A stretch of 64,000 bases of DNA from an uncultured bacterium (GTDB taxonomy: Bacteria > Bacillota_I > Bacilli_A > RF39 > UBA660): positions 52,433 to 116,432 of the forward strand of contig CASEYV010000001.1 in the NCBI GenBank assembly GCA_949292245.1, given 5' to 3'. Of the stretch, positions 28,218-37,207 are shown in pieces (the stretch's first letter is position 1; each line of letters begins with the position of its first letter). The notes beneath the pieces were generated by a model. It saw nothing but the letters and a program-made list of their open reading frames with translations, did not search any database and had not been told where the DNA came from. Made by a program: the position numbers and the translations under genes.

Positions 28218-28814
28218 TCAATTTCCTAATGATAAATTAATACCTTGGAATTGGTCGTCCATTAATAATGCTCTAACTTCAACCCATTGCGAATCATCAA
28301 GTTTTTCACGAGCATTAAATCCACAATGATTGAGATATTTATAACTAATATTTCCGTATTTTAAAGATAAAAATAAACGATTTGAAGAAATATTGTCAAG
28401 TGTTAGATTTAAAGCATCTAAATAATCGGCACTTCTTTTTATAGCAATAGCTTCTGGTTCTTTATGAATAAATTCATATAACCAACAATGATATACACGA
28501 CTGTCTTTCCAAGAATCTATTTTAATATCATGATTTTTCAAAAATGAAATATATTCAAATAAATTTATAACATTTACTTCTAATACCCATTTTGTAAAAT
28601 CTATAATTTTATTATAGAATGTATCATTTATAAATGCCATTTTTTTCTTTTCATCATTTTTTGGAATATTGATTCTAAATATATTAGATATCATAAGCCA
28701 TACACGATATGCGACTTCATCAAACTCAACATATCGTCTTTTTTTCTCACACATATGATTTTGAAAACCTTTTTCGGTTTTTAATACTTTGTTACAAAAA
28801 ATACATTTTGGCAT
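28218..28814 (-). CDS. hypothetical protein with N-terminal C2H2-like zinc finger
   Basis: CIFCNKVLKTEKGFQNHMC. Confidence 0.35.
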   Translation of the reverse strand: MPKCIFCNKVLKTEKGFQNHMCEKKRRYVEFDEVAYRVWLMISNIFRINIPKNDEKKKMAFINDTFYNKIIDFTKWVLEVNVINLFEYISFLKNHDIKIDSWKDSRVYHCWLYEFIHKEPEAIAIKRSADYLDALNLTLDNISSNRLFLSLKYGNISYKYLNHCGFNAREKLDDSQWVEVRALLMDDQFQGINLSLGN

Positions 28815-28876
28815 TATTATACATCCTTATTATTATAAATAATTTATATAACATTTTTTAGGAAAAGTCAATTAAA

Positions 28877-30493
28877 ATGGTGAAAAAAGGTAATACTATT
28901 AGATTTGGTAATAAAATATTTGTTATCGAAAATTTCGATTCTGATAATTTTTTATTAAAAGATAAAGAAACAAATATCATAAATTGGGTCAGTAAAAAAG
29001 AAGTAAAAGAAAATTTAGAACCAATAAATTTTTCTTCATCTATATTATTAGAATCAAATTGTCGTAAATCCTCATTTAATAATAATTATATCACAATCAA
29101 TTTATATGAAAATAATAATAGTTCTACATTTGAAATAATTGACGGTAAAAATATATATACTAAAACATATGATTATAATAAAAATCGTGCTATATATGAA
29201 TTTAATAAATTTTTTAAATATACCAATGAATTAACACCATTTAGATTAAAAAAATATGGTTTTTTGTTAAAAGAATCTGAAAAAGAACCTAAATTTAATG
29301 ATGCTTTTTGGAAATGGTTTGGTAATAGTGTATATAAAAACAGTAGAGGTAATCCTTTAATTGCTTATCATAATTCTCCAAATAAATTTAATGAATTTGA
29401 TATTAATAAAGTTGGTTCTCGTGATTTTGGATTTTATGGTTATGGTATTTATTTTTCAACACATAAAAGTATAGCTAGTCAATATGGAAAAAATCATTAT
29501 GCTGTTTATTTAAAAATGGAAAATCCATTTATGTTTGACCGTGAACATTATAAATATTCTATCACTGAAGAAGCATATGCTATTGTTAAAAAATATGAAG
29601 AATACAATTTATTAACAGAAGATGAATTAAATATAGTTCATGAATTAGAAAATATTTTTAATAATACAAAAATTCAAGAAGAAAAAACAACAGTTATTGA
29701 AAATGGACGAACATATCCAACAACAGTTTATCATTTACAATATAAAGATAAAACATATTCAACAGACCCACATATGGTATTAGATGAAAAAGATGCTATG
29801 ACTCAATTTATATATAATGATTTTGGTAATTTATTAAAATCATTAAAACAAATATATAATGTTTGTATGAGACAACGTAATAAACAATTTGCTCAAATGT
29901 TACAAAAAAATGGTTATGATAGTATTTGGGCTGGAACAGAAATAGTAGTATTTAATCCAAAGCAAATTAAATCTGTTAAAAATGTTGGAACATGGAATCC
30001 TGATTCAAATAATATATATGAATCAATGAATGTTATAGAAACAAAAGAATCTCCAATATATATTACAAATAATATGTATGATATTTTAAAATTACAGAAA
30101 AAAATGACATCATTAAGAGTTCTTATTGATGAACAAAAGAAAATATATATGATTGGTAATGCTTTATATCATATTCATGGAGAACTTTTTGATGAAGCTA
30201 TTGAAGCAGGATATTATAATTTTAATAACGAAAGAGAAAAAGATATATATTGGGAAAATCTTCCAGCTATTATAATTGATACAGATGATTTTTTAAAACA
30301 AGAAAGAAAAGATGATTATTTTGATGGAATACTTCGTTGTAATGGTTTTGTTGTTTATTATAGAACTAATAATTATACAGAAAGCGATTTTACTAAAACA
30401 AAACTTTATAATTTATTAGTATCAAAATATAATGGTAAGCAAGAAATAAATGAAAATAAATTATCTATTGGGGATATAGTAAAGAGCAAATAG
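28877..30493 (+). CDS. protein with a PARP-like (H-Y-E class) ADP-ribosyltransferase signature
   Basis: Residues 163-205 are IAYHNSPNKFNEFDINKVGSRDFGFYGYGIYFSTHKSIASQY. The PARP catalytic signature is LLWHGSRTTNF......[20 protein letters not shown]. They share H-x-S, the N-F pair, G-x-GIYF-[AS] and the KS-A-Y tail. Confidence 0.45.
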   Translation: MVKKGNTIRFGNKIFVIENFDSDNFLLKDKETNIINWVSKKEVKENLEPINFSSSILLESNCRKSSFNNNYITINLYENNNSSTFEIIDGKNIYTKTYDYNKNRAIYEFNKFFKYTNELTPFRLKKYGFLLKESEKEPKFNDAFWKWFGNSVYKNSRGNPLIAYHNSPNKFNEFDINKVGSRDFGFYGYGIYFSTHKSIASQYGKNHYAVYLKMENPFMFDREHYKYSITEEAYAIVKKYEEYNLLTEDELNIVHELENIFNNTKIQEEKTTVIENGRTYPTTVYHLQYKDKTYSTDPHMVLDEKDAMTQFIYNDFGNLLKSLKQIYNVCMRQRNKQFAQMLQKNGYDSIWAGTEIVVFNPKQIKSVKNVGTWNPDSNNIYESMNVIETKESPIYITNNMYDILKLQKKMTSLRVLIDEQKKIYMIGNALYHIHGELFDEAIEAGYYNFNNEREKDIYWENLPAIIIDTDDFLKQERKDDYFDGILRCNGFVVYYRTNNYTESDFTKTKLYNLLVSKYNGKQEINENKLSIGDIVKSK

Positions 30494-30588
30494 AAAAATT
30501 AAACCTTTGCGATAAATTAAAACAAATATATCCGAATGGTTATAAATTAGAAAACGAATGGTAAAAAGAGGAGCAAATGCTCCTCTTT

Positions 30589-31116
30589 TTATTCAATATT
30601 TATAAGTTTAATTTCTTCTTCTTTTTCTTTTTTATCTTTAAATTCAATAGTCAAAAGACCATTTTCCAATGAAGATTTGACAAATTCTAATGAATCACAC
30701 ATCTTCCATGAATTTTCAAATTCTCTCATTGCGATACCTTTATAGCAATATACTCTTCCTTCACCATCACAAAAAACTCCACTTCCTTCCATAGTAAAAT
30801 CGTCTTTGCCCCTTTTTCCTTTTGAACCTTTAACAGTCAAGACATTAGTTTTTGTATTATATGTTATTTTTAACATATCTTTGGTATATCCAGCACAAGC
30901 TAACTGAATAAAAGTATGAACTTCTTTATGACAATCTGCTTCTTTACCATTGTCATTACAAACATTTACTTCTTCTGTAAAAATACTATATGGTGGGAAA
31001 GTTGTTTCTTTAAAAGAATTACTAAATTTATCTAAATCATCAAAAAAATCTGAAAATCCAATAAGATTACGTTTATTATTAAAGACATCAAAAAATGTCA
31101 TCAAATTATTTGCCAT
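30589..31116 (-). CDS. small heat-shock protein, Hsp20/alpha-crystallin family
   Basis: Alpha-crystallin-like core (ITYNTKTNVLTVKG...REFENSWKMCDSLEFVKSSLENGLLTIEF) and a C-terminal I-x-I motif (LINIE). Confidence 0.6.
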   Translation of the reverse strand: MANNLMTFFDVFNNKRNLIGFSDFFDDLDKFSNSFKETTFPPYSIFTEEVNVCNDNGKEADCHKEVHTFIQLACAGYTKDMLKITYNTKTNVLTVKGSKGKRGKDDFTMEGSGVFCDGEGRVYCYKGIAMREFENSWKMCDSLEFVKSSLENGLLTIEFKDKKEKEEEIKLINIE

Positions 31117-31202
31117 AATTATCTCCTTATAAAAAGCAAGTTAAGTTCTTGTAAAAGACCTATTAAAGCATCTTTTACAAGAACTATTTATCATGCTTTT
31201 TA

Positions 31203-32456
31203 TCAATTTTCAATATTATTTGACAAATATTTTATCATTTCTTCGTGATAAATTTCACCAAATTTTTTTCCAGAAAATTTAGAAAGTCTTTCTTGAACTT
31301 TTTCTGGTAAATCTTTTAAAGTTATGCCGTGCATAACATCAAAAATTTTTAACATTCTTTGTTCAATTTTTTGTCTTTCTATTTTTTCTTCATCTGAAAC
31401 TGTTAATGCTCTACCATAACAATCACATCTAGTTACTTCAATGAAATCAATCAATCTTTGACGATTTTTGAAATTTAATGAAATAGCTTTAATCATATCG
31501 TATTGCTTTCTTAGCTTCATTTGATGAAATCTATGAGCATTCATATGATAACGACAAGATATTAAAGCAAAATCACGATATTCATTTGGAATTTTAACTC
31601 TATCACATAATTTTTCAATTACTGATAATCCATTAAATTCATGACCATGATGAGCTGGTAAAATATCTTGTGGAGTTAATGCTTTACCTAAATCATGACA
31701 CAATACAGCAAATTTAACCATTGGAGATAATTGATTCCAATCAGCAACTCGCAAACACAACATTGTATGTTCAAAAGAATTACCTTCTGGATGATATTCC
31801 AATTTTTCTGGAGTATCAATTAAAGCATACAATTCTGGAAGAACAATTTTTAATGCTCCACTTTCTTGGAGATTTCTAATGAATTTTTCTGTTATACAAT
31901 TAGATTGTAATGCTTTTTCAATTTCTTTCCATACTCTTTCTTCTGTTAAGTGTTCAATCATTTTATTTTCAACCATCGTTTGCAATAAATTCATAGTATT
32001 TCTTTCAATATTAAAATCTAATTGAGCTGAAAAACGGCAAGCTCTTAATAATCTTAATGGGTCTTCGATAAAAGTTTCATCACGAACAGCTCGTAATAAT
32101 TTATTTTTTAAATCATCTTGACCATTAAAATAATCAATTACATTTCCATTTTCATCTAATGCCATAGCATTAATTGTAAAATCTCTACGAACTAAATCAT
32201 CTTCCAAAGAAACATCAGATGAAAATTCAAATTCAAAATCAGTATGTTTATCACCAATTTTTCTTTCTTTTCTTGCTAAAGCATATTCTTCGTTTGTTTC
32301 TGGGTGTAAAAACACAGGAAAATCTTTACCTACTTGGTGAAAACCAAGAGATTCCATTTCGGAAATAGAAGAACCAACAACAACATAATCATTATCATGT
32401 GATGTTCTATCTAATAATTTATCTCTAACTGCCCCACCAACTAAATAAGTTTTCAT
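31203..32456 (-). CDS. cca: CCA-adding tRNA nucleotidyltransferase (class II, with HD domain)
   Basis: N-terminal LVGGAVRDKLL, the RRDFTINA-type head domain and an HD motif (CHDLGKALTP, HHGHE). Confidence 0.85.
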   Translation of the reverse strand: MKTYLVGGAVRDKLLDRTSHDNDYVVVGSSISEMESLGFHQVGKDFPVFLHPETNEEYALARKERKIGDKHTDFEFEFSSDVSLEDDLVRRDFTINAMALDENGNVIDYFNGQDDLKNKLLRAVRDETFIEDPLRLLRACRFSAQLDFNIERNTMNLLQTMVENKMIEHLTEERVWKEIEKALQSNCITEKFIRNLQESGALKIVLPELYALIDTPEKLEYHPEGNSFEHTMLCLRVADWNQLSPMVKFAVLCHDLGKALTPQDILPAHHGHEFNGLSVIEKLCDRVKIPNEYRDFALISCRYHMNAHRFHQMKLRKQYDMIKAISLNFKNRQRLIDFIEVTRCDCYGRALTVSDEEKIERQKIEQRMLKIFDVMHGITLKDLPEKVQERLSKFSGKKFGEIYHEEMIKYLSNNIEN

Positions 32457-32467
32457 TTAACAATCCT

Positions 32468-32701
32468 TTATAAAATATCTTTCATATATAAAAATCTTAA
32501 AATTTGTATTGAATATGGTTTATTTACTTCATTGATATTAATATCAAAATTAGAATATCTTAAAAATAAATTATTATTTTGTTGCTTAACTATAAAAGAT
32601 TGATATTCATGAATTGGTTCTTTAATGCCAAATTCTACTAAAATCAAATCTCCGTCTTTTAATTTATTTTTATTATTTTCCCAATTTAACCATTTACTCA
32701 T
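32468..32701 (-). CDS. hypothetical protein
   Basis: 77-aa ORF. Confidence 0.3.
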   Translation of the reverse strand: MSKWLNWENNKNKLKDGDLILVEFGIKEPIHEYQSFIVKQQNNNLFLRYSNFDININEVNKPYSIQILRFLYMKDIL

Positions 32702-32772
32702 TTAATTCTCTTAAAAATAAAATACACTCATTTAAATATTATGAGTGTATTTTATCAGAAATTATTTTAATG

Positions 32773-33924
32773 TCAAGCATTTTTAATAAAATCTTCAACC
32801 ATATCGGCTAATTTATCATAAGTTAAATCGCTAATATATTGCATAGCACAATCGTATTTGTTATCGATAGCTTTAAACATATAATTAGAGAACTTACAAT
32901 TTTTTAATATGTATTGAGCTTTATCTTTTCTGCTTTCTAATGAATTGATGTAATCAATATTAGAGTTATATTCATCATCGATTGCGTTAATCAATGAGTG
33001 ATATCCATCTAACATTCTTTGAATATTTAATTTATATTCAGAGAAATAATTTAAGAATTCATCAATTTCATTATTGACAATTAATATCATTGCTTTTTTA
33101 GGAGTTAAAATTCCTTGTCCTTTCAAATGATGCACTGCAACATAAGATGGAGATTTAACTTTAACTCTATTGAAATTTTTATCTACAACGACATATCCTT
33201 CTTCTGTATATGGTAATTCATTTGCTGCCAAAATACATTCATTTAATGATTTAAAACCATATTGTTTTGGAGTTTTAAATATTTTTGCCAAAGGATGGTC
33301 ATAAATTAAAATTTCTTCTAATGATTTGTTATTTCTAACACCAATCAAGCATAAATTAATTCCTTCATAAGGAATAACAACTTTATTATATGGTGAAATT
33401 AATTCAAACATATAAGTATAGTTTTCTTCGAATAAATCTAACCATTTATCTTTTGAAATTGATTTTAATGGTTCAGCATTTTCAATTAATTCCTTATAAT
33501 TAGAATATTTAAAATCTAAATTTTGAGCAACTTCGGCTTTTGAAGCATCGATAGTTCCATTAGTAGAAATCAACAAATCATTACCCAATCTAACTATTTT
33601 AATTAAAGAACCGTCAATTTTTTGAGTAATTTTAGCAGATTTCCAATCTATTTCTGGACAATATGATTCACCATAATTTCCAAATTTGTAGAATGGAACA
33701 GATACTGGTTCTAATGAATCAATATCAATAATCAATCCACGGCATTCTCTAACGATTTCATTATTAAAATCAGAAGAAATTTGGTTATATTTTAATAATG
33801 CTAAATTTCTACCATACATATTATCTTTAGATACAGATATACAATATGGAGATTGAGCTAAATCATCTTCCCAATTTTTATGTGATTTAATATATTCAAT
33901 AACTTTTAACATTTCAATCTCCAT
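32773..33924 (-). CDS. rnlA: RNA ligase 1 (T4 RnlA-like)
   Basis: Motif I TQKIDGSL (KxDG). ECRGLIIDIDS aligns with T4 ECRGIMFEMDG. EGYVVVDKNFNRVKVKSPSYVAVH aligns with [24 protein letters not shown]. Confidence 0.85.
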   Translation of the reverse strand: MEIEMLKVIEYIKSHKNWEDDLAQSPYCISVSKDNMYGRNLALLKYNQISSDFNNEIVRECRGLIIDIDSLEPVSVPFYKFGNYGESYCPEIDWKSAKITQKIDGSLIKIVRLGNDLLISTNGTIDASKAEVAQNLDFKYSNYKELIENAEPLKSISKDKWLDLFEENYTYMFELISPYNKVVIPYEGINLCLIGVRNNKSLEEILIYDHPLAKIFKTPKQYGFKSLNECILAANELPYTEEGYVVVDKNFNRVKVKSPSYVAVHHLKGQGILTPKKAMILIVNNEIDEFLNYFSEYKLNIQRMLDGYHSLINAIDDEYNSNIDYINSLESRKDKAQYILKNCKFSNYMFKAIDNKYDCAMQYISDLTYDKLADMVEDFIKNA

Positions 33925-33988
33925 TAAAAAAACTCATCTATTTAAGATGAGTTTAATATATCATAATTTATTTTAATGTCAACACATT

Positions 33989-34249
33989 TTATATATTTTC
34001 TTCTGAACTTTCTAAAATCAAATATTTACCTTCATTAAGACCTTTTTCATAAGATTCATTTTTGATTTTTTCTTCAATTCTTTCATCTATTTCATCTAAT
34101 GAATGAATTAAATATTCTTTAATCAACTTTAATTCCGATAATGAACAATTATTAAGCTCATTATCATTGGTTTCATTCATAATACCACCAAATTCTTCAC
34201 AGTCAGCATTGACAATAGAAATGTATGTTTTCAATGTTTTTATTGACAT
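33989..34249 (-). CDS. hypothetical acidic protein
   Basis: 86-aa ORF. Confidence 0.3.
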   Translation of the reverse strand: MSIKTLKTYISIVNADCEEFGGIMNETNDNELNNCSLSELKLIKEYLIHSLDEIDERIEEKIKNESYEKGLNEGKYLILESSEENI

Positions 34250-34250
34250 A

Positions 34251-34847
34251 TTATTCTCCCAATATTTTTATTTGCTGATATATAGTTTCTTCAGCTTTTA
34301 AAATCATTTGCTTGTAAATTTTAAACATTATTGAAGAATCATCTTGAAACAATTCTTTCGCTCTCTTAATAAATTCTTCTTTTTCACCAAGATACTTTTT
34401 AGCAAATGAAGAATCTCTTTTAACAATATCATGACAGTTGTCAATAATATCAGCCAATTTAACAATTATAGAATCAATACTACCTTTTAAAGTATGTTCC
34501 ATATCTATCATTTTTCTAATTTTGCGATTTCCATCTTCTGGTTTAGAAATGTTTGTTAAATATTCAACATTTTTACTATAATATTCTCCAAATAAACTTT
34601 CTATTTCTTCCAATGTAGCATCAGTATCTTCAACAGTATCATGTAGATAAGCCAATTCTTCTAAACGATAGATTATATCCAAATCCATAGGTTGAATATC
34701 AGAGCAAATTTTACTAATTATTTTAGCAACACTAATAGGGTGAGTAATATATGATTCACCTGTATATTTTCTTGTTTGACCTTTATGTTTTTCAGTCGCA
34801 TAATCTAATATTTTATCGTGTTTAAAATCTCTATATTCACTACTCAT
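34251..34847 (-). CDS. small alarmone hydrolase, RelA/SpoT-type HD domain (Mesh1/SAH-like)
   Basis: KHKGQTRKYTGESYITHPISVAKII aligns with SpoT HRKGQFRKSGEPYITHPLAVAEIL. AYLHDTVEDTDATLEEIESLFGE aligns with ALLHDVVEDTDVTLEEIEERFGP. IIVKLADIIDNCHDI aligns with ILIKLADRLHNMRTL. Confidence 0.7.
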   Translation of the reverse strand: MSSEYRDFKHDKILDYATEKHKGQTRKYTGESYITHPISVAKIISKICSDIQPMDLDIIYRLEELAYLHDTVEDTDATLEEIESLFGEYYSKNVEYLTNISKPEDGNRKIRKMIDMEHTLKGSIDSIIVKLADIIDNCHDIVKRDSSFAKKYLGEKEEFIKRAKELFQDDSSIMFKIYKQMILKAEETIYQQIKILGE

Positions 34848-35028
34848 TTTTTAATATCCAATCATTTGATAATATATATTCTGTTTTTAATCCGTAAATT
34901 GGTAAATCATTTAATCCATCATTTACAAATAATTGATTACCAACAAAATAAAAATAATTTGTAGTTAATGATGGAATATAACAATGATTTCCTTGCTTCA
35001 TTTTTGGTAAAATTTCTTCAAATGTCAT
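34840..35028 (-). CDS. hypothetical small protein
   Basis: 62-aa ORF in a tandem array of small ORFs. Confidence 0.3.
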   Translation of the reverse strand: MTFEEILPKMKQGNHCYIPSLTTNYFYFVGNQLFVNDGLNDLPIYGLKTEYILSNDWILKNE

Positions 35029-35036
35029 TTTTATTC

Positions 35037-35246
35037 CTAATTAATTATATCAGAATCTGAAATTGATGCGAAATCATATGTATATAATACATCAGGTTTT
35101 TTAATTGTCAATGGAAATGTTTTATGGTCACTATTTTGCATAATAGCTTCCATAAAATCTTTTTTAGTAGTTGCATTTTCTACTTCCAATACAACACTTT
35201 CCACATATTTAACTGTTCTATTGATTATTACTTTTCCCATCTTCAA
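35037..35246 (-). CDS. hypothetical small protein
   Basis: 69-aa ORF. Confidence 0.3.
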   Translation of the reverse strand: MKMGKVIINRTVKYVESVVLEVENATTKKDFMEAIMQNSDHKTFPLTIKKPDVLYTYDFASISDSDIIN

Positions 35247-35433
35247 TTCCCAATAATTTTTTATAATTAATATCCATAACTTTGTTTGTTATTTCGGATT
35301 CTTCATAAAATCTGTCTTGACCATCAACAATTCCTAATGCCCACAATAATTGAATAAATCGTAATTGAGGACAAGCATCGACAATTTTAGATATTTTTTC
35401 TACAATTTGTTTATTTTCTTCAAGTCTTGACAT
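35218..35433 (-). CDS. hypothetical small protein
   Basis: 71-aa ORF. Confidence 0.3.
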   Translation of the reverse strand: MSRLEENKQIVEKISKIVDACPQLRFIQLLWALGIVDGQDRFYEESEITNKVMDINYKKLLGIEDGKSNNQ

Positions 35434-35473
35434 ATTTTTTCTCCATTATTGTAAATCTTCTTGTGATACCATT

Positions 35474-35671
35474 TTATTTCCCTTTATTTTTTAAGTCTTT
35501 TAATGCTTTATTATAAAGTTTATTAGCAATTAATTCATTTCTATAATGAAATTTATTCTTTTTAATTTTTTCAATTACATTATCAATATCAATTTTATCT
35601 GAACCTCTTTCTTTTTTAGATAATTCTTCATTAAGTTTTTCAACTTCTTCATATTCAAATTCGTCTTGCAT
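35474..35671 (-). CDS. hypothetical small protein
   Basis: 65-aa ORF. Confidence 0.3.
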   Translation of the reverse strand: MQDEFEYEEVEKLNEELSKKERGSDKIDIDNVIEKIKKNKFHYRNELIANKLYNKALKDLKNKGK

Positions 35672-35679
35672 ATAAATCC

Positions 35680-36177
35680 TTATCTATGTAATTTAATATT
35701 ATATTGTTCACAATCTTTTTTAAACATATCAAATGTTTCATCTTCACCAACTAAAAATAACCAAGAACAAGTATGTTCATTTCTGGTGCAATTAATCATA
35801 CCATAATTATCCATAGTTGCATTATCGCATACTGTAATATCATATTTTTGTTTAGTTTTTGTATCCATTAAATCCAATAATTCTTTTTGAGCTTTAAATG
35901 GATATGTGCTATCCATAATATGACCTTGACACCATTCATCTGTATATTTAAACAAAAGATTCCAAATATCTTTATTTGAACCTTCTAAAACTACTGTCGT
36001 TCCAAAACCTTCACCTTCATTTATCCAATTTTGAAAGTATTGATTATCATTTTTATTATTGGAAGACATAAATTCTTTTACAAATTGAGCTGAAGCATGT
36101 GATGCTTGTGCCATGGCTTTTCCAGCATTCAAAGATGGTAAATCATTTCTCATAAAAATATATAAAACTTGTTTCAT
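35680..36177 (-). CDS. peptidyl-tRNA hydrolase, PTH2 family
   Basis: VLYIFMRNDLPSLNAGKAMAQASHAS matches the PTH2 core [25 protein letters not shown]. Confidence 0.6.
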   Translation of the reverse strand: MKQVLYIFMRNDLPSLNAGKAMAQASHASAQFVKEFMSSNNKNDNQYFQNWINEGEGFGTTVVLEGSNKDIWNLLFKYTDEWCQGHIMDSTYPFKAQKELLDLMDTKTKQKYDITVCDNATMDNYGMINCTRNEHTCSWLFLVGEDETFDMFKKDCEQYNIKLHR

Positions 36178-36231
36178 ATCAATATCTCCTATATTGATGA
36201 TAATAACAAATATATATTTTTAAGTCAATAG

Positions 36232-36732
36232 TTATTCGTATGTTTTTTTAAATTTGTGTTTAATTTTTTTAAATACTTTTTCTTGCTCTATTTCTAATCC
36301 AAGTTTTCTATATTCACCAGCTAAATCATCTGCAATATTATTATAGTATGATAATTTGGTTCCATCGTGAATATGACCTTTTATTTGCATAAATTTTACT
36401 TTTTTTCTTGTAAAATCTAAAAAATCATATATATAATTTAGGCAAGATGATTCAAATTCATCTTGCCCTTTATTTCTTTGTGAAATTTTTCTTAACGCAG
36501 TTGCAGAATCAGAAATAATTGTAATTGTTTTATCATCCATTCTATCTACAATTTTATTATTACAAATATATTGAATAGCCATAGCAATTGCAGCAATTTC
36601 CGCTACATTATTATCACGACATTTATTTGTATATGTTCCAAAAGTATGTTCTCTACCTTTATATAAAAGAACCGCACCAAATCCACTCATACGAGGTTTT
36701 AATGAGTGACTTCCATCAGTAAATATAATCAT
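36232..36732 (-). CDS. rnhA: ribonuclease HI
   Basis: IIFTDGSHS...GFGAVL...TNNVAEIAAIAMAI fits the RNase H1 DEDD fold order (TDGS...G.G.V...TNN.AE..A...AL). Confidence 0.7.
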   Translation of the reverse strand: MIIFTDGSHSLKPRMSGFGAVLLYKGREHTFGTYTNKCRDNNVAEIAAIAMAIQYICNNKIVDRMDDKTITIISDSATALRKISQRNKGQDEFESSCLNYIYDFLDFTRKKVKFMQIKGHIHDGTKLSYYNNIADDLAGEYRKLGLEIEQEKVFKKIKHKFKKTYE

Positions 36733-36763
36733 ATTATTTCCTTTGGTGCTTCTATATAATTAT

Positions 36764-37207
36764 TTATTTGTCTAATAATCCTAAAAATTTTTGGATATTT
36801 TTAATTTCATCCGATGTCATTGATTGATATTTTAAATCAAACTCATCATCTGATAAATTTTTATAAAAATTTCTAATTAAATTATAATTTTTATCATTTT
36901 TATTTTTAGATTGAGCTATCCATTGATGTTTAAATGATTTATTTAATCCACAAGTGCATAACAATTTAAATTGTAAATCTTTATATTTTGATAATTCCCA
37001 ATAATGAGTATTAACATTATTATTAACTAATTTTGTTAATTGTATATGTTGTTTTTCTTGTCCATATATTGCCGACATCCAACGACATAATGTATAAGGT
37101 TGAATTTCTTTTTGTTGTTCTGACGATAAAGATTCAAAATATTGATAATTTTTATTATCAATATTTTTTAATACATCAAAAATATCATTTTTATAAGTTT
37201 TAGCCAT
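36764..37207 (-). CDS. hypothetical protein
   Basis: 147-aa ORF. Confidence 0.35.
   Translation of the reverse strand: MAKTYKNDIFDVLKNIDNKNYQYFESLSSEQQKEIQPYTLCRWMSAIYGQEKQHIQLTKLVNNNVNTHYWELSKYKDLQFKLLCTCGLNKSFKHQWIAQSKNKNDKNYNLIRNFYKNLSDDEFDLKYQSMTSDEIKNIQKFLGLLDK

Noticed and set aside
28877-30493. Tpt1/KptA RNA 2'-phosphotransferase, an alternative ART-fold assignment that would tie in with the macro domain
   Set aside because: The R-H-R-R catalytic tetrad of Tpt1 is absent. The H-x-S ... GxGIYF[AS] pattern fits PARP-like ARTs better.
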